Shown here: positions 51,975 to 61,902 of the stretch, piece after piece
Layout of the letters: the number at the start of each line of letters is the position of its first letter
Position numbering within the stretch: position 1 is the first letter of the stretch
From: Gammaproteobacteria bacterium
GTDB lineage: Bacteria > Pseudomonadota > Gammaproteobacteria > Eutrophobiales > Eutrophobiaceae
DNA: 64,000 bases
Assembly: GCA_965200295.1 (NCBI GenBank)
Contig: OZ241347.1
Span: forward strand, 2,615,272 to 2,679,271
Reading direction: 5' to 3'
The notes under the pieces: generated by a model
The model's database searches: none
Told to the model about the DNA's origin: nothing
Seen by the model: only the letters and a program-made list of their open reading frames with translations
Position numbers and translations under genes: made by a program

Positions 51975-53108
51975 CTAAGGGTGGCATGCAGCGTACCCTA
52001 AATTCCTGACCACCACCAGCAATAACACGCAGGCCAGGGTGGCGGCGATGACGGCGGCTATGCCTAAGCCGAGGTAGTCGTACCATTCGATCATGGCGCC
52101 GGCAAATGCCGGGCCTACGGCAAAACCCAGTAAATAGGCAGAGCCGGCTGCTGCGGCCCAGCGGCCTTGTTGGTCCAGCGCTGCGGCCAGGCCGAACAGG
52201 TAGGGGACGGAGAAATAGAAGAACAATACAGACAGCACCAGCGCCACCACGAACACGACGGGATGGGTATTAGTACATAACACCAGTGCGATGATGGAAA
52301 AGGCCGCCAGGAAGGCCGCTATGGGCAGGGCCCGGCCCTTGCGCACGTTCAGCCAGGTGGCCAGGCCGGCGCCGGTAAAACCGACCACGGCGCCCGCGGT
52401 CAGCGCATAACCGACCTGACTGGTTGACAGCCCGGCGCGTTCGCCCAACGGCGCCGTGAACGTATATACGGCGGCGGACGCGGTCAGGTAGATAAATATC
52501 CCCGCCAGGGTAGCCAGCCCCAGCCATGACGGGGCTGCGGGCTGGTCGGTTTTTATGGTTGCCGCTACTGCGTGACCCGCGCTCGGCAACCAGCGGAAAC
52601 ATAGCATCAGCGCCAGGGTCAAGCCGGCGATCATGCCGTAGATCCCCCGGTGGGCATACAGGTCGGTCAGGTAGCCGCCGAGGCTGAACAGGATGGTACT
52701 CAGGACGGCCCAGGTGACCTGGATATAGCCGTACAGCTTGTCGGGGTTGGTAGAGCGTGACGCCACCGCCGCCAGGGATGCGGCATACACCAGACCGGCG
52801 CCGGCGCCGGCAATACATCGCATTGCCACCAGCAGGGCGAGTTCGTTGGTTGTTATCGAAAGCAGCTGGGCTGACACTGCGGCTGCCGCAGCGACCAGAC
52901 ACAAGCGGCGGCACGACAGCTTTGGCAGGAACGGGGCGATGACGATAGCGGTTATCGCTAACACCATAAACTCCGCAAAGGCGACGAAACCGGCCTGTTG
53001 CTCCGTCAGTTCCAGGCCGATGATGACGCCACCCACCACCAGCGGCGACATTTGCGTAACCAGCCCGCCCGCCAACTGGGCGGCGATAACGGCCAGGACA
53101 AACTTCAT
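51975..53108 (-). CDS. MFS transporter
   Basis: 377 aa; 12 predicted TM segments. Confidence 0.8.
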   Translation of the reverse strand: MKFVLAVIAAQLAGGLVTQMSPLVVGGVIIGLELTEQQAGFVAFAEFMVLAITAIVIAPFLPKLSCRRLCLVAAAAAVSAQLLSITTNELALLVAMRCIAGAGAGLVYAASLAAVASRSTNPDKLYGYIQVTWAVLSTILFSLGGYLTDLYAHRGIYGMIAGLTLALMLCFRWLPSAGHAVAATIKTDQPAAPSWLGLATLAGIFIYLTASAAVYTFTAPLGERAGLSTSQVGYALTAGAVVGFTGAGLATWLNVRKGRALPIAAFLAAFSIIALVLCTNTHPVVFVVALVLSVLFFYFSVPYLFGLAAALDQQGRWAAAAGSAYLLGFAVGPAFAGAMIEWYDYLGLGIAAVIAATLACVLLLVVVRNLGYAACHP

Positions 53109-53111
53109 TGA

Positions 53112-55377
53112 CTACCAACTATATACAATCTCCCCACCCACCATGCGCGGGGTATTGGGCACCAGGGTGTGCCAGCCGGAGTTGCGGAAGTCGAAGGTCT
53201 GTACCCGATAAGCAGTATTGGACAGGTTTTTGCCCCAGAACGCGAGTTCCAGGCTTTCGTCCGCGGAGAACCAGGACACGCGGGCGCCCACCAGCCAGTG
53301 GCTCTTGGCGCGCACATCGCTGCGGTTTTCTATGGTATGGAATACCTCATCGGTCCAGCTCCAGTTGAAGGAGGCGGCGACCTTGCCGCCTATCAAGGCC
53401 GGCGTCGGCCATTCGTAGCGCGCCAGACCGGTAAACTTCCATTCCGGTGAATACACGTTGCTGTTGCCGGTTAAGTCTTCCCCGGTGATGGGGCGTCCGA
53501 AGGCGCCGAACTCGGTATCGAGGTGGCTCAAGCCGAACAGCACTTCCAGCCGTTGTGCCGGATTGACCAGAAATTCCACCTCAGCGCCGTAATAGTCGGC
53601 CTGGGGCGCGTTGCCGATTATCAATATCGCGCCAAACGGCCCCTGGGTCTGGTCGAACACCTGCAAGTCCTCATAGTCGTAGTAAAACGCCGAGACGTTG
53701 AGCCGGGCGCGGCCGTCCCACCAGGTGGACTTGAAGCCGCCTTCCACCGCCAGCAGCGTTTCCTCGTCATAGATGTTGAATTCCTCCGGGCTGGCGAAAC
53801 CGACGTTGATGCCACCACTCTTGTAGCCGGTGCCGACGCTGGCATACACCAACCAGTCGTCATTGGGGGTGTAGTCGATGCCCACCTTCCAGCTCACGTC
53901 TTCATAAGTCCTGGCGCCGCTGGTGCCGGGGTCGAACGGTACCTGGGGGATGGGGGGCACGAAATCATTCGGGTCGGGATGCGTACTGCGATGCCTCAGG
54001 TCAACCTCATCGCGGGTGTAGCGCAACCCGGCGCTGAGTTTCAGCCGGTCATTGAGTTGAAAACCGGCGTTGGCGAACACCGCCAGCGCTTCCTGGTTTT
54101 GATCGAACCACTGGAACGTGGAACCGAAAGTGCGGAATTGATATTCATTGTACGAGTTCAGTTCATCTTCGGCGTAATAAAAACCCAGCAGCCAGTCAAA
54201 CAGGCCGTCCGTCGTGGACGCGGCGCGCAACTCCTGTGACCAACCGTCGGTATCGTGGCGATAAAAGTTGTGCGTGAGCAGGTAGGGGGAGCCATCTTCC
54301 TCGCCGGGCAGGTAGCGTTGGAACTTGTTATAGGCGCTGATCGAGGTGACGGTAAAGTACTGTAAGTCCCACTCCAGGCGCAAGGTCGTGCCGATAGTCT
54401 CGAAATCGACTTCGTCATGCAGGTCGAAATCACCGGCGGTGGGGTCGCCGCGTTCCTCCACGCCGTCCGGGTCCTGGTAGCCGAAGAAATTCACACAGTC
54501 ATCGCGTAAGGTTGCATCACACAACTCGAAGGTTTCGGCAAAGGTCACGGGGTTAAATTCGTAGCTGCCCGGCACTGCCACGCCGGCGTGCTGGTAGCTG
54601 TAGGCGTCGGAGCGATCCTGGGAGCCGTTTACTGACCATAATACCTGTACATTATCCTGCGGCGCCCATTCCAGCGTGCCGCGCCAGGAGTAAAAATCCA
54701 CCTCGTTGAAATCGCCGCCGACCGTGCCGGGCAGGTCGGTTCGACCCTTCATCCAGCCGCCGCCGTTGCTGTAGGTGCCGGCGATGCGCCCGGCCAGGGT
54801 ATCGGTGAGGGGGCCGGATACGGCGCCCTCGAATTTCACCGCGTCATAGCTGCCATAGCCGGCCTGAGCATAGCCGGAAAACTCCTGTGTGGGCTTGGCG
54901 GTGATGTAATTGATGGCGCCGCCGGTGGCGTTGCGGCCGTACAAGGTGCCCTGGGGGCCGCGCAACACCTCGATCCGTTCCAGGTCAAAGGTTTGCATGG
55001 TGTGCATGAACGTGTTGTGCAGATAGACCTCATCGACATAGACGCCCACTGTGGTTTGCGTGTTGGCGGCAAAATCGACTGCGCCCGACCCGCGTATGAA
55101 TGATTTAGCCTGCTGGTTGCCGGACGGCGGTGCGATAACCACGCCGGGTACGTACTGGCCCAGGTCGTTGCTGTTGGTTAACCCGATGTCGCGCAGCACC
55201 TCCCTGGAAAATGCCGTGACTGACACGCTCACGTCCTGCAGGCTTTCTTCCCGTTTTTGCGCGGTAACAATCACTTCTTCGAGAAGATCTGCCGCTACCG
55301 GCGCCGGCGCCAGCAATGCCGCCAGGATCGGTAAAAAAATGGCGCTGGAACGCATATTACAAAATTTGAAGTTGAGC
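53112..55377 (-). CDS. TonB-dependent outer-membrane receptor
   Basis: start trimmed to MLNFKFCNMRSSAIFLPILAALLAPAPVAA (signal peptide); plug motif EEVIVTAQKREESLQD; C-terminal GGEIVYSW. Confidence 0.85.
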
Positions 55378-55470
55378 ATGGGGCATCCTCCACTAATAGT
55401 TGCGCTACCGGAGTAACGGCTGCCGAGCCTCCCCATGATTGACGAAAACGAACAACGGGTAAATCTATCC

Positions 55471-55498
55471 AGGTAACGAACCTGTATCTTAAATTCAC
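55471..55498. promoter_or_regulatory. conserved 28-bp upstream box, copy A (aggtaacgaacctgtatcttaaattcac)
   Basis: ~94 nt upstream of the TBDR start; 26/28 identical to copy B. Confidence 0.5.
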
Positions 55499-55570
55499 CT
55501 TTCTGGTAAGAAACACCTGAAATTGACCTCCCTGACACCTAAGCAGACACGGCACATCCATAATGCTGCG

Positions 55571-55598
55571 CGGGCGCCTCTAATTTTTAGAGGTGGCC
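55571..55598. repeat. short palindromic element (gggcgcctctaatttttagaggtggccc)
   Basis: minimal form; immediately 3-prime of the Rieske B1 gene. Confidence 0.75.
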
Positions 55599-56582
55599 CT
55601 AACACGTCCCATATCTCAAGCCCAGTTCCTTTAACCAGCGCCGGTAGGCGTTGGAGGACTTGTCGGCCGGTTGATGCAGTTCGGCGGTGGGGTTTAAGGG
55701 CAGGCATTGGGGGCGTTGGGATTCCAGCACCGCCTGGTCTTGCAGGAAGATGGTGTCCTGGAAATCCCGGAAATATGCCTCTGGTTCGTCGTGACCGTAG
55801 TTCATGGCCAGCACGAACCAGGCGCGAATGCGGGTTTCTGCCAACGGTTGAATGGACAACAGGATCAGGTCGGACGGCTGCTCGCCGGCGGCGCCGGGTT
55901 CCTTGGTCAGCATTACGGTCAATGGTTGCAGTACCCGGTAGGAGTAAGCCACCTTGACGCCGCCCGCGCTGTTGACGTTGGCGCGAGGTTGCCAGGCGCT
56001 GACATTGGTGACCCGAATCTCGTTGTCCACCACTGCCACTTCATAGTCATCCATCTCCGTGTAGGGTTCTTCACCCAGGTAGCCGCTATGGACAAAGGGA
56101 AAGTGGGACAGGTCCAGAAAGTTTTCCACTGCGCGCGGGCCGCTGGTGGCGACGTCATAAGGGCCGGTGATGACCAGGTGATAATCCTCATCCACGCCGT
56201 GAAACTCAGGCGCCTCGCCGGCTGGGTCGCCAAGACAGACCCAGACCAGACCGTATTTTTCCCGTACCTGCAGGGTTGTAACCCGGGCCCGCCCGGAAAT
56301 GGGTTGCTGCGGGTGGGCCGGCATGAGGGTGCATTGCCCGGCGCTATTGAAATGCCAGCCGTGGTAGGGACAGACCAGGGTGTCACCTCCCCTGATCTCG
56401 CCCAGCGACAGCTTGCTGCCGCGATGGGGGCAACGGTCCAGCCAGGCGTGCAGCTGGCCGTTGCTGCGCCACAGCAGCAGGTCGCGCTCCAGCAGCTGCG
56501 TGGCGATCTTGCCGCCTTCGGGTACATCGTTGACATTGGCCACTACGTGCCAGTCGTTAAGCATGATGGGGTCGTCGGTCAT
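55599..56582 (-). CDS. Rieske non-heme-iron oxygenase (pair B, short form; paralog of 49630-50598)
   Basis: CPHRG...CPYHGW; ENFLDLSHFPFVH; 327 aa. Confidence 0.85.
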   Translation of the reverse strand: MTDDPIMLNDWHVVANVNDVPEGGKIATQLLERDLLLWRSNGQLHAWLDRCPHRGSKLSLGEIRGGDTLVCPYHGWHFNSAGQCTLMPAHPQQPISGRARVTTLQVREKYGLVWVCLGDPAGEAPEFHGVDEDYHLVITGPYDVATSGPRAVENFLDLSHFPFVHSGYLGEEPYTEMDDYEVAVVDNEIRVTNVSAWQPRANVNSAGGVKVAYSYRVLQPLTVMLTKEPGAAGEQPSDLILLSIQPLAETRIRAWFVLAMNYGHDEPEAYFRDFQDTIFLQDQAVLESQRPQCLPLNPTAELHQPADKSSNAYRRWLKELGLRYGTC

Positions 56583-56587
56583 CGTTA

Positions 56588-57652
56588 TTAAGTTCCTGCC
56601 ATGGGCGCGCCCAGGTTGAATTTCTCTGCCAGCGCCTTGCGGTATGCCAGCGACATGCGGTCGGCGGGGATATTGATCTCTTCCCGCAAGTCCAGGGGCA
56701 GTTCCTGCGGGTATTGTGATTCCACCAAGGGTTGGTCTTCGTCGTTAATAGCGACGGTTTCCTGCACCTGCTCTGCGGGGTTGGGGTTGCCGAAGTTATC
56801 GGCGGTAATCTGGAAGATGCCGCTCTGCCGCGCGGAAATCGGACATACCGTGTCCAGGATCACCTGGATATAATCGGATTCCTGCACCGCCACTTCCAGC
56901 AGGGTGGAAAACGGAAACGTCAGTTCGTAGCTGTACACGACTTCCCGTTGCTGCAAGTCGTCCCTGCCGTCGGGAAAGCGATTCAGCAGTTCCAGATAAG
57001 GGATGTGGAAACTCAAGCCGTAATCGGTGTGCTGCACCTGATAGCGCGGATAAGCCGCGTCCGGGCCGCCACCAAACGTGGCGCCGTGCACCCAGGGGAA
57101 ATGCGCTACGTCATTGAAGTTTTCCACGTGGCGTCCGGCGGCGACCTGCCAGGCGCCCGGCGGCACATAGTTGGGTTGATATACAGGGTCTTCCAGGTGG
57201 CGCCAATACGGTAGCGGCCAGATCGGTTCGTCCTTGAGACACACCCAGAGGATGCCGTAACGCACCTCGCTGCGGTAGGTGCGCAAGCGCAACTTGTCCG
57301 GTATGGCGGCCGTGGGGTCGGCGATGGAGGGTATCTTGCGACACACCCCGTTGCCGTCATAATGCAGGCCGTGCATGGGGCAGATGAGCAGGTCATCCTG
57401 CACGCGGCCGAGGCTTATTTTTACCCCCCGGTGCGGGCACTGGTCTTTGGCCACGGTGATGCCGGTGCCGGTGCGGTAGAGCGCCAGGTTCACGTCCAGC
57501 AACTTTGCTGCGAGCGGTCGGTCTGTTATATCATGGACAAAGGCAACCGGATGCCAGAATGCAGCCAGAATGTGCCAGTCACTTTCCCGAAAGCTGCAAC
57601 CAGGAGGCAGGTCGGTAGCTGTGAGCGTCGATTGATTGGTAGTCCGAAACAT
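56588..57652 (-). CDS. Rieske non-heme-iron oxygenase (pair B, long form; paralog of 48579-49628)
   Basis: CPHRG...CPMHGLHY; ENFNDVAHFPWVH; 354 aa. Confidence 0.85.
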   Translation of the reverse strand: MFRTTNQSTLTATDLPPGCSFRESDWHILAAFWHPVAFVHDITDRPLAAKLLDVNLALYRTGTGITVAKDQCPHRGVKISLGRVQDDLLICPMHGLHYDGNGVCRKIPSIADPTAAIPDKLRLRTYRSEVRYGILWVCLKDEPIWPLPYWRHLEDPVYQPNYVPPGAWQVAAGRHVENFNDVAHFPWVHGATFGGGPDAAYPRYQVQHTDYGLSFHIPYLELLNRFPDGRDDLQQREVVYSYELTFPFSTLLEVAVQESDYIQVILDTVCPISARQSGIFQITADNFGNPNPAEQVQETVAINDEDQPLVESQYPQELPLDLREEINIPADRMSLAYRKALAEKFNLGAPMAGT

Positions 57653-57737
57653 CAGTGATCAGGGGTGTCAAAAGGTCGCACTATGCCTTGCATTGTCAGC
57701 GATAACAAGCGCCGGATGAATAGCCCCAGGTAACAAA

Positions 57738-57765
57738 TCTGTATCTTAAATTCACATCAGGGCGC
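57738..57765. promoter_or_regulatory. conserved 28-bp upstream box, copy B (aggtaacaaatctgtatcttaaattcac)
   Basis: ~86 nt upstream of the Rieske B2 start. Confidence 0.5.
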
Positions 57766-57767
57766 CT

Positions 57768-57816
57768 CTAAAAATGCCCTCCATGGCATTTTTAGAGGCG
57801 CCCTGATGTGATATGC
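57768..57816. repeat. short palindromic element (cagggcgcctctaaaaatgccctccatggcatttttagaggcgccctg)
   Basis: canonical form with extended GC clamp; between the divergent Rieske operon and the HDAC-like gene. Confidence 0.8.
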
Positions 57817-57981
57817 TGCAAGGGCGTCTTTGATCATGAGGGTTCAGGTGTTTGTATATCTGATGTATGCGTGAATACCGTGAATCGTGCCCGTCGCACC
57901 CTGATAAAATCCCTGACGGCGACAGCGCTGCTGGCCGTGTGGTCCAGGCGCGCGCCCCCCGAACAGACGAGTGAGAACAAC

Positions 57982-58929
57982 GTGAACCTGTACGCCGACG
58001 ACAATCTGGCCGCCTACGGCTTTCCCGATGGTCATCCCTTCGGCATTGATCGCCAGGGTGAGTTCCTGCGCGAAGTTGCGGCGCGCGGCTTGCTTGATAG
58101 TGTAACCAGACCCGCGTCCCGGGCAGCATCACGCGCGGAAATAACCCGTTTTCACAGCGCCGAGTACGTGGAGCTGGTGGCCACTGCCGCGGCGCGTGGG
58201 CTAAGTACGCTGGACGGCGGCGATACGCCGGTGTTCCCCGGCATGTATGACACCGCCGCGCATGTGGTGGGCGCAGCGCTGGACGGGCTGGCTCAGGTCA
58301 TGGACGGGCGCTGCCGCCACACCATGCAGGCCATCGGCGGCCTGCACCATGCCGCACGCGACCATGCCGCCGGCTTTTGCGTGTTCAACGACCTGGGCGT
58401 GGTCATCGAAACCCTGCGCCAGGTGTATGGCGTGCAACGCGTCGCTTACCTTGACATAGACGTACACCACGGTGATGGGGTGTTCTATGCGTTTGAGGAC
58501 GACCCCGATCTGATCTTCGCCGATATTCACCAGGACAGTAACACACTGTACCCCGGCACCGGCCGGGCAGATGAGACCGGCACGGGTGAGGCGGCGGGCA
58601 CCAAGCTGAACATCGAACTACCGCCGTTTTCCGGCGATGCCGCGTTCCTGCAGGCGTGGGAACGGGTAGAGGCGCATTTCCGGGCGTTTGCGCCGGAGTT
58701 TTTCGTGTTCCAGTGCGGCGCCGACGGTCTTCAGGGCGACCCGCTGGCGCAGCTTGACTACACCCCGGCGGTGCATGCCCACGCGACGCGGCGCCTGATC
58801 GCACTGGCCGATGAGTTTGCCGACGGCCGCCTCATGGCCTTCGGCGGCGGCGGTTACCACCGCGACAATCTGGCACAAGCCTGGACGAATGTGCTTGCAG
58901 AACTTGTCACGGGAAGTGAACCCGCATAA
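57982..58929 (+). CDS. histone-deacetylase-family amidohydrolase (AcuC/acetylpolyamine-amidohydrolase-like)
   Basis: HDAC motifs (FCVFNDLG, DIDVHHGDG); start set to the in-frame GTG at 57982 (MNLYADDNLAAYGFPDGHPF); the ORF stays open upstream to 57808 (alternative GTG at 57871). Confidence 0.7.
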   Translation: MNLYADDNLAAYGFPDGHPFGIDRQGEFLREVAARGLLDSVTRPASRAASRAEITRFHSAEYVELVATAAARGLSTLDGGDTPVFPGMYDTAAHVVGAALDGLAQVMDGRCRHTMQAIGGLHHAARDHAAGFCVFNDLGVVIETLRQVYGVQRVAYLDIDVHHGDGVFYAFEDDPDLIFADIHQDSNTLYPGTGRADETGTGEAAGTKLNIELPPFSGDAAFLQAWERVEAHFRAFAPEFFVFQCGADGLQGDPLAQLDYTPAVHAHATRRLIALADEFADGRLMAFGGGGYHRDNLAQAWTNVLAELVTGSEPA

Positions 58930-58978
58930 CATGTCCGTGCAGTTGAGCCGACGCACACTTTATGATGAGGATAACAAC

Positions 58979-59821
58979 GTGAAAATAACAACATTACTCA
59001 TTGCCCTCCTGCTGTCAACCGCCGTCGGCGCGCAGGAACGGCTCAGACTGGCGACTACCACCAGCACGGAAAATTCCGGACTGCTCAAAGTGCTGCATCC
59101 GCCATTTGCCACGCGCTATAACGTCAGGGTGGACGTTATTGCCGTAGGCACCGGCAAGGCGCTGCGGCTGGGCGAGAACGGCGATGTGGATGTGTTACTG
59201 GTGCATGCGCCGGCCGCAGAGCAGGCGTTTATTGAGCAGGGCTTTGGTCGTGCACGGTTGCCGGTGATGCACAACGATTTCGTGCTGCTGGGGCCGCCCG
59301 CCGACCCCGCCGCCGTCAAATCCGCCGGGACTGTTACCACAGCTATGCAGCGGATCGCCGCCGGGGGTGCCGGTTCTGAATCAGGTTCCAGGGCAGGTTC
59401 CAGGTCAGGTTTCATATCGGGCTTCATATCAAGGGGCGATGATTCTGGTACCCACAAGAAGGAGTTGTCGCTGTGGCAGGCCGCCGGGCTGGCGCCGCGC
59501 GGCGAGTGGTACCTGTCAGTGGGGCAGGGCATGGGCGCAGTGATAAAAATCGCCGATGATAAACAAGCCTACACCCTGTCGGACCGCGGCACCTACCTGG
59601 CCTTTCGCGATAAAATCGGGTTAGAGATCGTGTATGCCGGCGCTGAGGTACTGTTCAATCCGTACCACGTTATCCTGTTGAATGAAGCAAGACACCCACA
59701 CATCAAAGCCGAGCTGGCGCAACGCTACGCCGACTTCATCCGCAGCCCCGAAGGTCAGCAACTCATCGCCGACTTCAAAATAGCCGGCGAGCAGCTATTT
59801 TATCCGGCTGTGGTGCAGTAG
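58979..59821 (+). CDS. TupA/WtpA-like periplasmic tungstate/oxyanion-binding protein (orphan, no permease/ATPase partner)
   Basis: GTG start; signal peptide; TTTSTENSGLL and SRGDDSGTH motifs; Gly/Ser-rich insertion. Confidence 0.65.
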   Translation: MKITTLLIALLLSTAVGAQERLRLATTTSTENSGLLKVLHPPFATRYNVRVDVIAVGTGKALRLGENGDVDVLLVHAPAAEQAFIEQGFGRARLPVMHNDFVLLGPPADPAAVKSAGTVTTAMQRIAAGGAGSESGSRAGSRSGFISGFISRGDDSGTHKKELSLWQAAGLAPRGEWYLSVGQGMGAVIKIADDKQAYTLSDRGTYLAFRDKIGLEIVYAGAEVLFNPYHVILLNEARHPHIKAELAQRYADFIRSPEGQQLIADFKIAGEQLFYPAVVQ

Positions 59822-59834
59822 CCCGTGCGTCGGC

Positions 59835-59847
59835 TTTAGAGGTGGCC
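59835..59847. repeat. solo terminal-repeat half (tttagaggtggcc) of the palindromic element family
   Basis: marks the left edge of the low-GC islet. Confidence 0.4.
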
Positions 59848-60992
59848 TATACTACAAAGCCGAGATAATTTTGCCGGTTAATTACCTCGAAGCTGGCATT
59901 GTCATAACTCTTCAGCCATTGTCCGGGAGCGTTTATTTTCTTGTCCGTATATTTGAACTCATACCCGAACAAACGTCCCTCGCGTTCTTCCACCCAATCG
60001 ATTTCTTTCTGGTCGTAAGTGCGCCAGAAGTAATTATTGGTGCGCCGCCGTGAATAGGCCTGTTTTTTTATCCGTTCCGACACCAGGTAATTTTCCCACA
60101 ACATGCCGGTGTCATTCCTTCGTTTAAGCGGATTGAAATTGTTAATGATTGCGTTGCGAATGCCGTTGTCATAAAAATAATAACGCGACGTTTTGGTCAC
60201 TTCCTTGCGCAAGTTGCGGCTGAACCCGCGGATATTGCGGATCACAAATGCTTTTTCGAGTAAATCCAGGTAGCGGGAAACTGTATTTTTGTGTAATTCG
60301 AGTTGATTGCCCAGTTCCGAGACTGACACTTCATTCCCCACCTGGAAGGCAAGCAGGGTCAGCAGGTCAACCAGTTTCCTGGCGTTGCGTATATTTTCCA
60401 GTTCCAGAATATCCTTGAACAGATATGAATCAACCAGCTCATGCAGGTATGCGTGTCGGTCCGGTTCCGAGTTAATTGAGTACAGTTCCGGGTAACTGCC
60501 CGTGATCAAGCGCTGTTCCAGCAGTGATTGGTGAAACTGCAAATCGAATGTTTCTATTTCCTCCGCGGCCGAGATGGGATAGAGATAAAAGGTTTTCTTT
60601 CTGCCGGTGAGAGGTTCACCCACGCTCCCCGCAAGTTCAAACGAAGCAGACCCGCTGGCAATGATTTTGAGTCCCGGGATATGATCGACGAGTAGCTTCA
60701 AATTAAGCCCGATCATGGGAACCTTTTGCGCCTCATCAATAATCATGAGCGAACAATTTCCCACAAACAACCTTAACTGTTCGATAATACAACTCGACAG
60801 GTTTTGCTGGGTTATCCGGTCTTCCCCGGAGAGCAGTTTGATGGCCTCGCCAGAGCCCAATTCCTGCCTGATTTTATCAAGCAGATAAGTTTTACCCACC
60901 CGGCGCGGGCCGTACAGCAGGCAGACCTTGCCAGCCTGCAACGCACTGAGTATTGCTCTCGATAGCTGTCGCTGTATGTCCAAGTTTTTCAA
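59847..60992 (-). CDS. AAA-family ATPase with C-terminal DUF4143 domain
   Basis: Walker A GPRRVGKT; Walker B MIIDEAQ; lower GC than the surroundings. Confidence 0.8.
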   Translation of the reverse strand: MKNLDIQRQLSRAILSALQAGKVCLLYGPRRVGKTYLLDKIRQELGSGEAIKLLSGEDRITQQNLSSCIIEQLRLFVGNCSLMIIDEAQKVPMIGLNLKLLVDHIPGLKIIASGSASFELAGSVGEPLTGRKKTFYLYPISAAEEIETFDLQFHQSLLEQRLITGSYPELYSINSEPDRHAYLHELVDSYLFKDILELENIRNARKLVDLLTLLAFQVGNEVSVSELGNQLELHKNTVSRYLDLLEKAFVIRNIRGFSRNLRKEVTKTSRYYFYDNGIRNAIINNFNPLKRRNDTGMLWENYLVSERIKKQAYSRRRTNNYFWRTYDQKEIDWVEEREGRLFGYEFKYTDKKINAPGQWLKSYDNASFEVINRQNYLGFVV

Positions 60993-61206
60993 AATTCAGG
61001 CAGTTGACTGCCCGAATTATAACAAATACCAGCATAAAGTAACCGGAAAACCGCAATATCTGATCTCGCTTTGGAAAGTCCGAGAAAAAATCTTGTTTGT
61101 ATCGGCCACCCTTCGCACAAAGAACATTCGCACTAAGAACCACTTTACAAGCGGGCAGGCATAACGTATAACTTGTATAGATGGTATTAACAAAGAGGCA
61201 CACGTA

Positions 61207-61452
61207 ATGGAAACACAGGTTATTGTTCGCATCGACTCGCGACTTAAACAGCAAGCTGTGGGCCTGGCCAAGGCCGAAGGTAAAAATGTAAGTCTGGTAA
61301 TCCGGGAACTACTTGAAAAATATGTAAAAGACCGGGATATATCACTGTATATTGATGATCTGTGGGCACGTATGGGTAACAATTTGAAAAATGCAGGGAA
61401 GACACAAAGTGATGTGGAGCAGGCTATCAGGGATGTGAGGAAGCGCTCTTGA
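61207..61452 (+). CDS. ribbon-helix-helix antitoxin-like protein
   Basis: 81 aa; N-terminal beta-strand VIVRIDSRLKQQA; 4-nt overlap (ATGA) with the downstream PIN gene. Confidence 0.6.
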   Translation: METQVIVRIDSRLKQQAVGLAKAEGKNVSLVIRELLEKYVKDRDISLYIDDLWARMGNNLKNAGKTQSDVEQAIRDVRKRS

Positions 61453-61865
61453 CAAGGGTAGTGGTTGATACAAATATTTTTGTATCTTCATTTTTTGGCG
61501 GGAAGCCGAAAAAGGTCATCGATTTATGGAAGCGGGGTCAAATCACGATTTGTTTATCCCGGCATATTATTGAAGAGTATGTCGAAGTTCTGATGAGGCT
61601 GGGTTTGCAAAATGAGCAGCAGATTGAAGCGCTGCTGGATGTATTTGCAAGGAATTATCATTCTGTTTACACGGCACAAACACCGGAGTTAGGCACAATC
61701 GTCAAGAATGATCCGGATGATGATAAGTTTTTAGAATGTGCGATAGCATTGCAGGCAGAGTATATTGTTTCAGGAGACAAGGCATTGCTGGAAGTTGAGA
61801 AGTACATGAATGTCTCAATCCTGTCACCTGCGGATTTTCTGCAAGAGACATGGCTTAAGGTATGA
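61449..61865 (+). CDS. PIN-domain toxin-like protein (PF13470-type)
   Basis: 138 aa; VVVDTNIFVS at the N-terminus; internal E and D residues at canonical PIN spacing. Confidence 0.75.
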   Translation: MTRVVVDTNIFVSSFFGGKPKKVIDLWKRGQITICLSRHIIEEYVEVLMRLGLQNEQQIEALLDVFARNYHSVYTAQTPELGTIVKNDPDDDKFLECAIALQAEYIVSGDKALLEVEKYMNVSILSPADFLQETWLKV

Positions 61866-61902
61866 AATGAACAGAACCGGCTGCTGTTGTTATTCGATTA
61901 TG

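Noticed and set aside
57871-57981. Tat signal peptide on the HDAC-like protein
   Set aside because: The HDAC conserved N-terminus aligns to the GTG at 57982. It is kept as a low-priority check in the findings rather than a feature.
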